Source: Candidatus Latescibacterota bacterium (GTDB lineage: Bacteria > Latescibacterota > UBA2968 > UBA8231). Taken from it: a stretch of DNA of 64,000 bases. How positions within the stretch are numbered: the stretch's first letter is position 1; each line of letters starts with the position of its first letter. Positions 50,927 through 60,779 of this stretch are shown here, piece after piece. The DNA lies in assembly GCA_965242865.1 (NCBI GenBank), contig CBDETK010000013.1, forward strand, positions 3,488,001 to 3,552,000, given 5' to 3'. Under the pieces are notes generated by a model, which was given only the letters and a program-made list of their open reading frames with translations, was not told where the DNA came from and searched no databases. Made by a program: the position numbers and the translations under genes.

Positions 50927-51268
50927 CTAGCTGGCACGGGACTTGCTCAAAGTTTCTTTGATTAGGAATCCAAGCAGAATAAACAACGCTCTATCTAGGA
51001 TAGCAAAGAACTGCTCAAAAAGGGGCGAATCTTTGAACCACATGGATCCGATGATACTTCCTACTAACAACAGGATGAGGATGCCACAGATCAATAGAAA
51101 TACTTGGTTGCGTTGAACGGACTGCTTATCCCCCAATATTTTATCAAAGAACTTGTCTTCTTGCTCACGGATGGGCGTAGGAGAAGGCAGGTCTTCAGCA
51201 TCAGCAATACGACCTAGTTTTTCTTTTATATCTGATTGTTCTAGTGGTTCACCGCCAGACTCGCTCAT
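50927..51268 (-). CDS. Small 2-TM protein coupled to the Panacea gene (possible toxin)
   Basis: ATGA overlap with the upstream gene; two C-terminal hydrophobic helices; AT-rich. Confidence 0.5.
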   Translation of the reverse strand: MSESGGEPLEQSDIKEKLGRIADAEDLPSPTPIREQEDKFFDKILGDKQSVQRNQVFLLICGILILLLVGSIIGSMWFKDSPLFEQFFAILDRALFILLGFLIKETLSKSRAS

Positions 51269-51758
51269 TTGAGTTTACCCTTGTAGTAGTCTCTAATATC
51301 TTCGTTTTCGATATGGGCGTTCTTGATTTCCCCCCTATATGATGCCTTGCTCCAAGGACTGTCTTCTTGGTGAGTCAGAGAGGAAAGTTCTCCTGGGCTA
51401 AAGTCCTTATAAAGATTCCAAATGTGATCGATAAAGTCTTTCACGAATCCCTTAGTGGGATTATGAGCAACCCAAGACTCCCACTTCTCTTTTATAGGGT
51501 TGAAACGATATTCAAGGGCTTTTCTATCGATCGGCTGTCTGCCAAATTCTGCAAACTCGTAGTACAGTGAGGGAATACAGGTCCATATTGCCACGCCTCG
51601 ACAAACTCATCATCAACGAGAGGCTTATCAGTGACGGCCAAAAACCACCCATGCGCGATATAGACCAGTTTTTGAATCTTTAGAGGCGTAATTTCTTTGT
51701 TTTCTTTATTCGCCAGATCCAGAAAGCAATTAGCGACAGCTTGAGCTGAGTATCCCAT
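51265..51758 (-). pseudogene. Panacea/SocA (DUF4065) antitoxin, frameshifted
   Basis: ITPLKIQKLVY.AHG, EAWQYGPV, LSSLTHQEDSPW; halves in two frames, consistent with a 1-bp loss near 51575. Confidence 0.85.
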
Positions 51759-51892
51759 ATCTTTCTCCTTCATTCATCTATATTAGATACTGAACATCTA
51801 AACCATATTGCACTGTGTCAACTGGCTTTTTTCCACCTGAAAACGGAAAATTCTTGCTGCGGTTCCCGCACCTGAATAAACAGGAATATAGA

Positions 51893-51975
51893 ATGTATGC
51901 GCGTATGACTTCCAAAGGTCAGGTGACCATCCCGCAGGAGATCCGCAAAAAACTCAAGCTGAAGGAAAGGGTCAT
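51893..51975 (+). pseudogene. AbrB/MazE-type antitoxin N-terminal fragment
   Basis: MYARMTSKGQVTIPQEIRKKLKLK then runs into the convergent gene. Confidence 0.7.
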
Positions 51976-52640
51976 TGGCTTCGCTTGCGCGCCAGCGTCA
52001 ACCCATCGCCAATCGACAGCAGGGACGCGGTTACGCGCTCGTCGGCGCAGATTTTGGCGTTGAGTGCTCGGATCGCTGCGGTGCTCTCGTCCTGCACGCT
52101 GGCGTCGGCGGGCCGCCCGCCCCACAGCACATTGTCGATTAAGATCAATCCGCCCGGGCGCAAAAGCTGCAAACAGCGCTCGTAATAGGCGTCGTAATTT
52201 TCCTTGTCTGCGTCGATAAAGGCCAAGTCGAAGCAACCCGCTTCCCCGGCCGCGAGCATTCGGTCGAGCGTGCCTACCGCTGGTCCCAATCGCAATTCGA
52301 TCTTGTCGGCCACGCCGGCTTCCTGCCAATAGCGTTGGGCGACGCGGGTAAATTCGGCGCTCACGTCGCAGGCGATTAGCCGCCCGTCGGCGGGCAGAGC
52401 TAACGCCAGCGCAAGGCTGCTGTAGCCGGTAAAAGTCCCCACCTCCACGATCCGCTTGGCGTCGGTCAGCTCGACGAGCAGCCCCATGAACTGCCCCTGA
52501 TCGGGCGAGATTTGCATGCCGCCCATGGGCAGGGCTTGAGTCTCTTGGCGCAACCGCCTGAACACGGCTCGGTCGCGCAGGGAGTTGGCGAGGATATAGT
52601 CGTAAATATGCGTTTCGATAAAACCATTGCGGGCACTCAT
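51972..52640 (-). CDS. O-methyltransferase (CCoAOMT/Methyltransf_3)
   Basis: MQISPDQG, EVGTFTGYS, FIDADK, DNVLWGG, IGDG. Confidence 0.93.
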   Translation of the reverse strand: MSARNGFIETHIYDYILANSLRDRAVFRRLRQETQALPMGGMQISPDQGQFMGLLVELTDAKRIVEVGTFTGYSSLALALALPADGRLIACDVSAEFTRVAQRYWQEAGVADKIELRLGPAVGTLDRMLAAGEAGCFDLAFIDADKENYDAYYERCLQLLRPGGLILIDNVLWGGRPADASVQDESTAAIRALNAKICADERVTASLLSIGDGLTLARKRSQ

Positions 52641-52721
52641 GGACGGACCTTTCGCAAAAGGGGATACGGGAAGTTTTGCCAAAGTAAGCGGATGCCTTGT
52701 GCGGCACAACTTGCCGGAGGT

Positions 52722-54038
52722 TCAGTCGCCGCCCACGGCCAACAACCTAAATCCCCCGGGAGCCAATTCCACGGTTGCGGCTCGGTTGTCGATCGCCAAG
52801 GCCGCGCCGGTCGCTGCATCGCGAGCCTCGTCCTTCTTCAGGGCCAACCCCACGCGCCGCCGTTCCCAAGTGCGCCGATTGACGACCAACACGTGGGTCT
52901 GCTGCTGGAGGTCGCCAAAAAATCCGAGCTCTAAGTCGGCATCGGCCGCGGCGATCAGCTCGTTTTCAGCGAGACGGTCTGTGCTCGTCGCGCCGCGAAA
53001 GTACAGGCCGGCGATCGCCGGACTCAGCGCGGCGATCAGCTCGTTGATCTTTTGCACGGCCGCATAGCTCGCCGTAGGAGCCCCAGCTCGATCTACCAAC
53101 CCCTCATACCAGCGCGTCTGGACCAGCGCACCGCGGGCATCGCGCACCTTTTCGAGGCCCGAGCTGTAGAGAAAATAGACGATGCCCGAGGCCCCCCGCG
53201 TCAGCGCGAATCCCACTTGGACGGAAATTTCCGCCGGCGAAGGCTGGCGATAGTACGGCTTCCCGCCGCGTGTCTCGCCGTGTACTTGCACGATGGCGTG
53301 CCAGCGGCCCCAGTGGGCGCGCAGGTGGGCGGCGACTTGGTCGTATCCGGCGAGCAAGGCGTTGAGCCGACGCTGTAAGCCCGCGCCCGCGTGCGGCGCG
53401 TGGCTCCTAAACACGTAGTGCTCGTGTTGAAAGATGTTGGGCGGCCCGCGCTGGCGGAAAAACGCCTCGGCAAAGGCCCGGCGGTCCTCGTAGTGGTCGA
53501 GCCGCCCCACAGTGAGGACCGGCCGCAGGGAGTCAGCGCGCCCGAGTGCAGACACGACCTCGGCGAGCGCGTCGTAGTACTCTTCCCGATAGTCTTCGTG
53601 CCCCACGAGATAGCCCTGCAACCCGGCCGCGCCCTCCCACTGCGCGACGAGAGCTCGCACTCGCAGAGAGAGCGAGTCGGCAAATCCCGCGCCCACCGGG
53701 GAGCGCGTGGCCCAGCGTTGCAACTTGTCGTCGGGCGCGTACCCGGGCGGCTCGTAAAAGACCGGCATCTGCCAGCCGCGGGCATGGCAAAAGTCCATGG
53801 CCCGCTCTTCGGCCGTTTTTCCGCCCACCTCGGCCCGCTGCAACCACTCTAGCTGATTCAGGCCCAGTTCGGCGAGCTGCTGCCGGTCGGTCGCGCTGAA
53901 CCGATAGGTGTCCAGCCCGGCCGGCAACCACGCGCCCACGACGAGCGCACCGATGGGGGTGGGCACAGAGGGACGCGGGGGCTCACACCCGGCCCCGGCC
54001 AGCAGCACCGCCCCGAGATAGAGGAGGTAGAATTTCAA
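52722..54038 (-). CDS. Hypothetical lipoprotein (possible glycoside-hydrolase-like TIM barrel)
   Basis: Lipobox LAGAG-C; GYLVGHE, GASGIVYF; overlaps the upstream stop. Confidence 0.55.
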   Translation of the reverse strand: MKFYLLYLGAVLLAGAGCEPPRPSVPTPIGALVVGAWLPAGLDTYRFSATDRQQLAELGLNQLEWLQRAEVGGKTAEERAMDFCHARGWQMPVFYEPPGYAPDDKLQRWATRSPVGAGFADSLSLRVRALVAQWEGAAGLQGYLVGHEDYREEYYDALAEVVSALGRADSLRPVLTVGRLDHYEDRRAFAEAFFRQRGPPNIFQHEHYVFRSHAPHAGAGLQRRLNALLAGYDQVAAHLRAHWGRWHAIVQVHGETRGGKPYYRQPSPAEISVQVGFALTRGASGIVYFLYSSGLEKVRDARGALVQTRWYEGLVDRAGAPTASYAAVQKINELIAALSPAIAGLYFRGATSTDRLAENELIAAADADLELGFFGDLQQQTHVLVVNRRTWERRRVGLALKKDEARDAATGAALAIDNRAATVELAPGGFRLLAVGGD

Positions 54039-54382
54039 GATTGGAGTTTGGGATTTTCCGCGTGCCGCCGCCGGTCGCGGCGGGTCTTCTTGGCCAGCGC
54101 ACGTTGGAAGGATTCTTCTAAGTCAACCCCGGTCTGATTGGCGAGGCACAGGAGGACGAAGAGCACATCGGCCATCTCCATGCCGAGATCGGCTTCTTCG
54201 CCCTCCTTAAAGCTCTGCTCCCCAAAGGTGCGAGCCATGATCCGCGCCAACTCGCCGACTTCCTCCATTAGCACGGCCGTATTGGTTAGCTCGGAGAAGT
54301 AGCGCACGCCGACCTCGGCGATCCACTCATCTACGGCCCGCTGGCAGGCGCGGAGGGTGTGCTCAGGCGCGGGCGGGTTCAT
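54035..54382 (-). CDS. MazG-like nucleotide pyrophosphohydrolase
   Basis: LMEEVGELAR...EMADVLFVL. Confidence 0.92.
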   Translation of the reverse strand: MNPPAPEHTLRACQRAVDEWIAEVGVRYFSELTNTAVLMEEVGELARIMARTFGEQSFKEGEEADLGMEMADVLFVLLCLANQTGVDLEESFQRALAKKTRRDRRRHAENPKLQS

Positions 54383-55490
54383 GGGGAACGGGTGCTAGAC
54401 CGTCTTGTTGGCGTTGGGCATTGACATCGTCCAACCGCCAAGGCACGGCCGATCCGTCGGCGCGAAAGCGCTTGTAGTAGCGGCCTTGGCCGAGGCGGGC
54501 GATGGGCATTAGCGGCGTGGCAGACCGCAGCTCGGCTAGGGCCGCGCCCTGGAGCACCGCGCCGCTCGCGAGATCGACGACCTTGATTTTCTCGGGGTCA
54601 ATGAGGCCCAAGCCGCGGGCGTGGGCGCATTGCAGATAGGGGGTGGCCTGCGGATCGAGGCCCATCAGGTAGGTCGCCACGGCATCTACCTGTACTTCGT
54701 TGACGCCGGCCAACGCCCAGCCGAGGGGATAATTGGCCCCTTCGTTGAACGCCGTGCCGTCGCGCCCGACTAGGCCATCTACCACCGCAAGCCGCGGAAT
54801 CTCCAAGCCGCGCAACGCGACCAATAGATCGCAGAGCTTGTGATAGAAGCGGTCTTCAAAGAGGCTGAGGCCGCTCTCGGTCAGCCGCCACAGGTCTGCG
54901 GCGCAGGGCGCGTCCACCGCTTGGATCGCGCACAGGTGCCGCTCGGGCTTGGCTACGATGCCCATTAGGTTTTTGATCGACAAGGTCGTGCAGCCCAAGT
55001 TGTGGCACTTGGCGAGAGGGACGTTCAAAAAGAAGGCACAATCGGTCACTTCCCGGTACAGGGGATAACGCTCATACACCACGCCAGCGGCGACCTCGAC
55101 GACGCGGGAATCCTCGTCGGCGTTCATTTCTTGGAGCCGCACGCCCCGGTCCGCGGCCATGGCGCGATAGCCGCATTGTTCCCAAGTATGCCCGGCCGCG
55201 GCGTTTTCCCCAGACTGGCCATCGGCAACGACCATGCGCTCGGCGGGGACGCCTTGGCTGGACAGGGCGTCGAGGAGGCCGCCGACAAACCCGGGGTGGG
55301 TGATGACGCGCTTTTCCGGTGGATAGAGCACTGTGGCGTTGGGCTTGAGCAAGATGGTGCCAGCGGCCGGCAGCGGCACCTGTAGGGCGGCGAGGGTGCG
55401 GTAGGCCAACTCCCGGTAGGTCGCAAAGGGAGCTTCGGCGCGGTCGATGGGCGAGCGCGCTACATATACTGAGTCGGGGGATGCGAGCAT
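54363..55490 (-). CDS. DUF362 protein
   Basis: LLKPN, THP, P.AKCH...TLSIKNLMG, VDG, DAVA. Confidence 0.85.
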   Translation of the reverse strand: MLASPDSVYVARSPIDRAEAPFATYRELAYRTLAALQVPLPAAGTILLKPNATVLYPPEKRVITHPGFVGGLLDALSSQGVPAERMVVADGQSGENAAAGHTWEQCGYRAMAADRGVRLQEMNADEDSRVVEVAAGVVYERYPLYREVTDCAFFLNVPLAKCHNLGCTTLSIKNLMGIVAKPERHLCAIQAVDAPCAADLWRLTESGLSLFEDRFYHKLCDLLVALRGLEIPRLAVVDGLVGRDGTAFNEGANYPLGWALAGVNEVQVDAVATYLMGLDPQATPYLQCAHARGLGLIDPEKIKVVDLASGAVLQGAALAELRSATPLMPIARLGQGRYYKRFRADGSAVPWRLDDVNAQRQQDGLAPVPHEPARA

Positions 55491-55578
55491 GGTGAATTCC
55501 CAAGTGATCGGCAAGCAAAAGCGGCCGAGAGCACCGAGCTCCCGACCGCTTTTAGTCGCCTTGGCGGCGCAACGCGCC

Positions 55579-56850
55579 TCAGTGCCTTTCGATGTCGGCG
55601 CCCAAGGCCCGCAGGCGGTGCTCGATGTGGGCGTGCCCGCGGTCGAGCTGGTAGAGGTTGCTTATTTCGGTGTGGCCCTCGGCCGCTAGGCCGGCGAGTA
55701 CGCAGGCGGCCCCAGCACGAATGTCCATGGCCTTGACTTTGGCCCCCTTGAGCTGGGCCGGCCCATGCACCAACACGAGGCGATCCTTTTCCGGGGCGAT
55801 GCGCGCCCCAAAAGAGCGCAAGGTCTTGACGTGGCCGAGGCGGTCTTCAAACACGGTCTCGCGGATGTAGCTGTCGCCTTTGGCCCTACAGGCCAAGGCG
55901 GTCATCCCGGGCTGCAGATCGGTTGGGAAGCCGGGGTAAAACGTGGTGACTACGTTGATCGGCGACAAAATTTTCGGCCCGCGCACCCGCATCCAAGCGC
56001 CTTCTTCCGTCATCTCGACGCCCATCTGCTGGAGCTTGGCCTCAAACACGTACAGGTGATCGCGCACCACGCCCTTGAGGGCGATGTCGCCGCCGGTAAT
56101 CGCGCCGGCCATCATTAGGAGACCGGCGTCGAGGCGGTCGTACATGATCGTGTGCTCGGCGCCGACCAATTCGCGGACTCCCTTGATATGCACCCGCCGC
56201 GTACCCGCGCCTTCTACTTGGGCCCCCATCTTTTGGAGGAATGCGGCGAAATCGACGATCTCCGGGTCGGAGGCTGCGTTTTCGATCGCGGATTCGCCCT
56301 CGGCCAGACAGGACGCCATAACGAGGTTTTCCACCCCGGTGTGGCTGGGCAAATCGCAGTACATAACCGCGCCGGAGAGCCGCTTGGCTACCACGTCGAT
56401 GCCACCGCCGACCACGCTTTGGACTTCGGCGCCGAGCCGGGCAAAGCCGCGATAGTGATAATCCGTCGGCCGCGAGCCAATCGTGCAGCCGCCCACCTCT
56501 TGGATCCAAGCGCGGCCAAAGCGGGCCAACAGCGGCCCGACGAAAACCAGCGCAGCGCGAAAGCGCTTGGTCAAATCTTCGGGCAGCCGGGTCTCTTTGA
56601 CATCGCGGGTGTCTAGGACGGCTACTCTCTCGGTTGCGTCGTAATCGACGCGGGCGCCGAGCCGCCGCAGCACTGCTAGGGCGACCAATACGTCTTTGAC
56701 CGGGGGCACCCGGTGCAAAATGGTTTGCCCTTCTGTGGCCAGCAGCGAGGCGGCCAACATGGGCAGCGCGGCGTTTTTGGCCCCTTGAACCTCGACTTCA
56801 CCTTGCAAAGGGCGACCGCCGCGCACGAAAAGGACTTCTGGAGAACTCAT
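55579..56850 (-). CDS. murA: UDP-N-acetylglucosamine 1-carboxyvinyltransferase
   Basis: GAKNAALP, GGCTIGSRP (catalytic Cys), YPGFPTDLQ, DIRAGA. Confidence 0.96.
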   Translation of the reverse strand: MSSPEVLFVRGGRPLQGEVEVQGAKNAALPMLAASLLATEGQTILHRVPPVKDVLVALAVLRRLGARVDYDATERVAVLDTRDVKETRLPEDLTKRFRAALVFVGPLLARFGRAWIQEVGGCTIGSRPTDYHYRGFARLGAEVQSVVGGGIDVVAKRLSGAVMYCDLPSHTGVENLVMASCLAEGESAIENAASDPEIVDFAAFLQKMGAQVEGAGTRRVHIKGVRELVGAEHTIMYDRLDAGLLMMAGAITGGDIALKGVVRDHLYVFEAKLQQMGVEMTEEGAWMRVRGPKILSPINVVTTFYPGFPTDLQPGMTALACRAKGDSYIRETVFEDRLGHVKTLRSFGARIAPEKDRLVLVHGPAQLKGAKVKAMDIRAGAACVLAGLAAEGHTEISNLYQLDRGHAHIEHRLRALGADIERH

Positions 56851-57035
56851 TGGCAATCCTAAAGTTAAGCAGGAGAGTCAACACAATAAGGTGGGGGGAT
56901 AGCTCAAATGTAATGCCGGGTATTCGGTTCGTCAATCACAGAATGCCGTGCTTGACAGGGAGGGGCGCAACTCTATATTCACCGAAACCACCGAAGGCAA
57001 CATCGCCTCTATCACGCCAAAAAGGAGTCCCAATC

Positions 57036-57305
57036 ATGGCTGAATCCCCTCACATCGTCGCTTACCTAAAGCCGGTTTGCGGCTGGAGCCGCAGCGTGCG
57101 CGAAACCTTCGCCAAGTACGGCCTCTCATACGAGGACAAAGACATTATCAACAATCCGGCTATCTACGCTGAGATGGTGCAAAAAAGCGGCCAGCCCCTC
57201 TCGCCCTGCGTCGAGATCAATGGCCAGATGCTGGCCGATGTCGATGGCGATGAGGTCGAGGCTTGGATGCTCGAAAACGGAGTCGTCGAGCCGGTCGCGG
57301 TCTAG
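57036..57305 (+). CDS. Monothiol glutaredoxin-like protein
   Basis: AGGAG RBS; CGWS, SGQPLSPCVEING. Confidence 0.85.
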   Translation: MAESPHIVAYLKPVCGWSRSVRETFAKYGLSYEDKDIINNPAIYAEMVQKSGQPLSPCVEINGQMLADVDGDEVEAWMLENGVVEPVAV

Positions 57306-57823
57306 CCGCCCAGCCGGCTCAGCACGCGCCGCATGCCCTCGCACAGGTTGGGTTGCTCGTGGTTGAGCGGCCCGCTCGCCGCTCGGCGAATCAAGGTCAA
57401 CGCGCCCCAGAGCCGGCCGTCGCTGGCCTTGAGGGGCAGCACGTAGCTAAAGCCGATAGACCCGTCTTCAGCCCCCTCTAGCAGGAAGCGCACCACTCCT
57501 GCTGGCAGGGGGCTTTCTTCGTCGGCGCGGGTCTGCCCCACTATCAACAGCGCGGACCCACCAACCCCGTCTTGAGCGGCGAAGGAATTCCCGCTGTCCT
57601 GCTCCAACACCCGCTGCAGGACCTCAGCCCCTGCGCCAGCCGTGCGGACCACCCCTGGGCCGACGCGCTCATATACGATGGTGTCGGCCGCTTCAATGCC
57701 CAGCAGCAAATTCATGCCTTGGAGCACGGCTTCATCTGGCGACATGGCTTCGAGCGATGCGACGATGTGCGGAGGAATTGCAGCGGGTTCGGGCATGTTA
57801 AACGGGATGATTGAGATGGGCAT
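57302..57823 (-). CDS. GAF-like hypothetical protein
   Basis: YVLPL....GRLWGALTLIR GAF-type strand motif. Confidence 0.55.
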   Translation of the reverse strand: MPISIIPFNMPEPAAIPPHIVASLEAMSPDEAVLQGMNLLLGIEAADTIVYERVGPGVVRTAGAGAEVLQRVLEQDSGNSFAAQDGVGGSALLIVGQTRADEESPLPAGVVRFLLEGAEDGSIGFSYVLPLKASDGRLWGALTLIRRAASGPLNHEQPNLCEGMRRVLSRLGG

Positions 57824-57832
57824 GGCGCATCC

Positions 57833-57860
57833 TTGACAAGGCAAATGAGGGGGCTTTAAT
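57833..57860 (+). promoter_or_regulatory. Sigma70-type promoter of tRNA-Phe
   Basis: TTGACA (57833-57838), 16-nt spacer, TTTAAT (57855-57860). Confidence 0.6.
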
Positions 57861-57880
57861 TTTTTGACGCTTTTTTTGGT

Positions 57881-57956
57881 GGCTCTTTAGCTCAGTTGGT
57901 AGAGCAGGAGACTGAAAATCTCTGTGTCCGCGGTTCGATTCCGCGAGGAGCCACCA
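57881..57956 (+). tRNA. tRNA-Phe(GAA)
   Basis: GGCTCTT acceptor, TAGCTCAGTTGGTAGAGC D arm, CTGAAAA loop, GGTTCGATTCC T arm, encoded CCA; 76 nt. Confidence 0.98.
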
Positions 57957-57968
57957 CTAATAAACAAT

Positions 57969-58008
57969 AAACAGCCCCTTAGCGCACCCAAGCTGAGGGG
58001 CTGTTTTT
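57969..58008 (+). terminator. Rho-independent terminator
   Basis: AAACAGCCCCTTAGC / GCTGAGGGGCTGTTT stem followed by a T run. Confidence 0.85.
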
Positions 58009-58254
58009 GCGTTTGCCGCCTTGCCCTTTTCGCTTATGGGCCGTTAATTGTGGCCCGTGCCCCGAAGAGGAGTTTGCACAGCAAAGGAAATCCAGAAGGA
58101 TACATTCCCAGATTATGCCCAGATTATGAGTCTATCACAAGAAGCTGGATTTGAGCTCTGTGGCGTCGTGGTAGGCTTCCTACTGGATAGGAGTACTCCT
58201 TAGGATGGGCAGGCGATTACCAACCATTAGTACTCACAGGAAGGAGCCTCCCTC

Positions 58255-59619
58255 ATGCCCCCTTCTAAGCCCCATGCCATCCGAAACGTCCCAAAGCTTA
58301 CCGTCTCAAAGCGGCTGCGGAAACCGCCTCCACGACATGACCCCTTGAAGGAGTACCAATTCCGCTATCGTGCCAAGACGCACAGCACTCTGCCTCATGT
58401 CGTGAAATTCTCGGCCGGGCGTTCCAGCGGAATGCTCCTATTTACGCTCCTTAAAAACAGAATCCTCGACGCAAGTCGCGGCGACGTCATTGTATTCAAC
58501 AATACGTCAGCCGAACACCCAAGCACCTACTGCTTCGCACGGGACTGCGAGGAAGTTGCTAACCTTTACAAAATTCCGTTCTTCTGGGTTGAGTTTCAGA
58601 CCTACGAAGACGCTCGCAACGGCGAATGGACGCGGTTGGCCTCATATCGTCTTGTCAACAACCAGCCAAAGGCCCCCGACAACCCGGATGGCTTCCACTG
58701 GCGGGGGGAAGTCTTTGAGGAGCTTCTCTCTTGGTCAGGCTATGTCCCCAACCAATTCAGCCGCACCTGCACACAGAGGATGAAACTGGAGGCGACACGC
58801 CTGTTCCTCAAGGACTGGCTAGCTTCTAAAAAGACCATCCCACGCCTCGGACATTACGGAAACGAATCGCGCATTGACCCCGATATCCTGTACCAACGTC
58901 ACCGCCGCAACCAAGGTGAAGTACCCGAGGACATATTCCGCCGCAAGCGGGCATACAACTTGGCACGGCCCCATGTGCGCCCAGAGCAGTGCTACGCCGA
59001 CTTCTCTCAAGCTTGGCAGCCTTTTGACAATTCTGCCCTGAAGGGTAAAGCGTACGGGGAGAAAGCTTGGTTCGGCAAAGGTGGGATGGAATACGTCGCC
59101 TTCGTCGGACTCCGGGGCGATGAACCGACTCGGGTCAAGCGGGTCGAGGATCGCAACGCAGGTCCTGGCGCATCCGGTTACAAGGGAGAGCATGTCTATA
59201 TGCCGCTGGCCGACATGTCCGTGACCCGGGACGACGTCAATGCCTTCTGGGACCGGCAGACTTGGGACCTCTCGCTACCTAAGGAGGGGAGCCTATCCAA
59301 CTGTGTTTACTGCTTCCTAAAAGGATCGGCTAACCTACATAGCATTCACAGCCAGATGGAGAAAGAGAAGCAAGCTGAGATTCCCGGATTCGGCTCGCTT
59401 CTCAACACACCGTGCGACATCGCTTGGTGGAGTCGTATCGAGAACGACTATCACCGGGATCTTATAGCCGAAGGCCGGGAAATCCGAGGCGATTCCAATA
59501 TTACCCGTATCGGCTTTTTTGGAAACAATGAGTTTTCTTACGATCTCCTAGCTAAAAACAAAGAGGCGGATCTCGAAAGGTTTTCTGAGACGCTACTGCC
59601 ATGCGACTGCACAGAGTGA
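58255..59619 (+). CDS. PAPS-reductase/PP-loop family protein with Cys motifs (phage-type, DndC/SspD-analogous)
   Basis: VVKFSAGRSSG PP-loop, FNNTSAEH, RTCTQRMK, VGLRGDE, YMPL, SNCVYCFLKG, terminal PCDC; AAGGAG RBS. Confidence 0.8.
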   Translation: MPPSKPHAIRNVPKLTVSKRLRKPPPRHDPLKEYQFRYRAKTHSTLPHVVKFSAGRSSGMLLFTLLKNRILDASRGDVIVFNNTSAEHPSTYCFARDCEEVANLYKIPFFWVEFQTYEDARNGEWTRLASYRLVNNQPKAPDNPDGFHWRGEVFEELLSWSGYVPNQFSRTCTQRMKLEATRLFLKDWLASKKTIPRLGHYGNESRIDPDILYQRHRRNQGEVPEDIFRRKRAYNLARPHVRPEQCYADFSQAWQPFDNSALKGKAYGEKAWFGKGGMEYVAFVGLRGDEPTRVKRVEDRNAGPGASGYKGEHVYMPLADMSVTRDDVNAFWDRQTWDLSLPKEGSLSNCVYCFLKGSANLHSIHSQMEKEKQAEIPGFGSLLNTPCDIAWWSRIENDYHRDLIAEGREIRGDSNITRIGFFGNNEFSYDLLAKNKEADLERFSETLLPCDCTE

Positions 59620-59626
59620 TCTACAC

Positions 59627-60775
59627 GTGTATCTAAAACCGGTTTATCTCGATTACCAAGCGACCACTCCTATAGATCCGAGAGTGCGTGAAGCAATGCT
59701 CCCGTTCCTGAACGACCAGTTCGGGAACCCGCACTCCAACGGCCACGCGTACGGATGGAAGGCGTCGGATGCCGTCAAGGAATCGCGAGTCCAAGTGGCC
59801 CAGCTAATCAACGCCGACGACAACGAGGTCGTATTTACGTCCGGTGCGACAGAATCCTGCAACCTCGCTTTACGCGGGGTCGCAAGGGCTTCCGACGAAA
59901 AGCGCAATAAGCTCATCACCGTCGCCACCGAGCATCCGGCGGTTCTCGAAACGGTCGAAGATTTGGGACACTCAGGCTATGAAGCCGTGATCCTGCCGGT
60001 CGAACCCGACGGTCTCCTGAAACTCGCCAACCTCGAGCGGGAATTGGACGAACGGACGCTACTCGTCTCCGTCATGGCGGTGAACAACGAAATCGGTGTG
60101 CTTCAGCCACTCACTGAAATCGCCGAACGTTGCCGAGCCGTAGGTGCACTCTTCCACACCGACGCAACCCAAGCCGCTGGGCGCACAGGCATTGACGTCG
60201 ACGCTTGGAAGGTTGACCTCCTCAGTCTCTCCGCTCACAAAGTGTACGGTCCAAAGGGTATCGGTGCCTTGTTCGTGCGATCCGGCGTCCATATCAAGCC
60301 GATTGCAACGGGAGGAGGCCAGGAGCTCGGGCTGCGGCCCGGAACCATACCCCCGGCTTTAGCAGTTGGTTTCGGGGAAGCATGCGAACTCGCATGGGTT
60401 GAGGGAAGCCACGACACACGGCATATAATCACACTCACGAGACGCCTTCACGACTACTTGCTACAAGACTGTCCGAATCTGTATCTTTTCGGACATCCAG
60501 AAAAACGGGTTGCAGGAAACCTCAATATCGGTTTTCCGGGGACTAGTGCTGACGTCGTCGTCCATAACGTCGCAGACCAGATAGCAATCTCAACAGGTTC
60601 CGCCTGTGCTTCGGCTACATCGGAACCGTCTAGGGTGCTGCTCGCGCTCGGCTTCAACCGGGAAGTCGCCTCGATGGGCGTTCGCATCAGCTTGGGACGC
60701 TTCACCACAAGCCAAGATATCGAAACTGCGGCGGCGGCCTTCTCCGAAATTGCCGCTGTCGCCAGCAGGAATTGA
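59627..60775 (+). CDS. Cysteine desulfurase (IscS/DndA-like)
   Basis: YLDYQATTP, FTSGATE, SAHKVYGPKG (PLP Lys), STGSACAS (catalytic Cys). Confidence 0.95.
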   Translation: MYLKPVYLDYQATTPIDPRVREAMLPFLNDQFGNPHSNGHAYGWKASDAVKESRVQVAQLINADDNEVVFTSGATESCNLALRGVARASDEKRNKLITVATEHPAVLETVEDLGHSGYEAVILPVEPDGLLKLANLERELDERTLLVSVMAVNNEIGVLQPLTEIAERCRAVGALFHTDATQAAGRTGIDVDAWKVDLLSLSAHKVYGPKGIGALFVRSGVHIKPIATGGGQELGLRPGTIPPALAVGFGEACELAWVEGSHDTRHIITLTRRLHDYLLQDCPNLYLFGHPEKRVAGNLNIGFPGTSADVVVHNVADQIAISTGSACASATSEPSRVLLALGFNREVASMGVRISLGRFTTSQDIETAAAAFSEIAAVASRN

Positions 60776-60779
60776 CATC

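Noticed and set aside
57957-58254. Integrase/prophage at tRNA-Phe
   Set aside because: No integrase ORF or att duplication is visible in the window.
58255-60775. Calling these genes cysH/iscS (sulfate assimilation, Fe-S assembly) or canonical dndC/dndA
   Set aside because: No cys, isc/suf, dndBDE or sspBCE neighbours, and the PP-loop protein motifs differ from CysH and DndC; left without symbols.
60606-60779. N-terminal extension of the GHKL ORF in the track
   Set aside because: It overlaps the desulfurase by 170 bp; ATG 60780 fits operon coupling.
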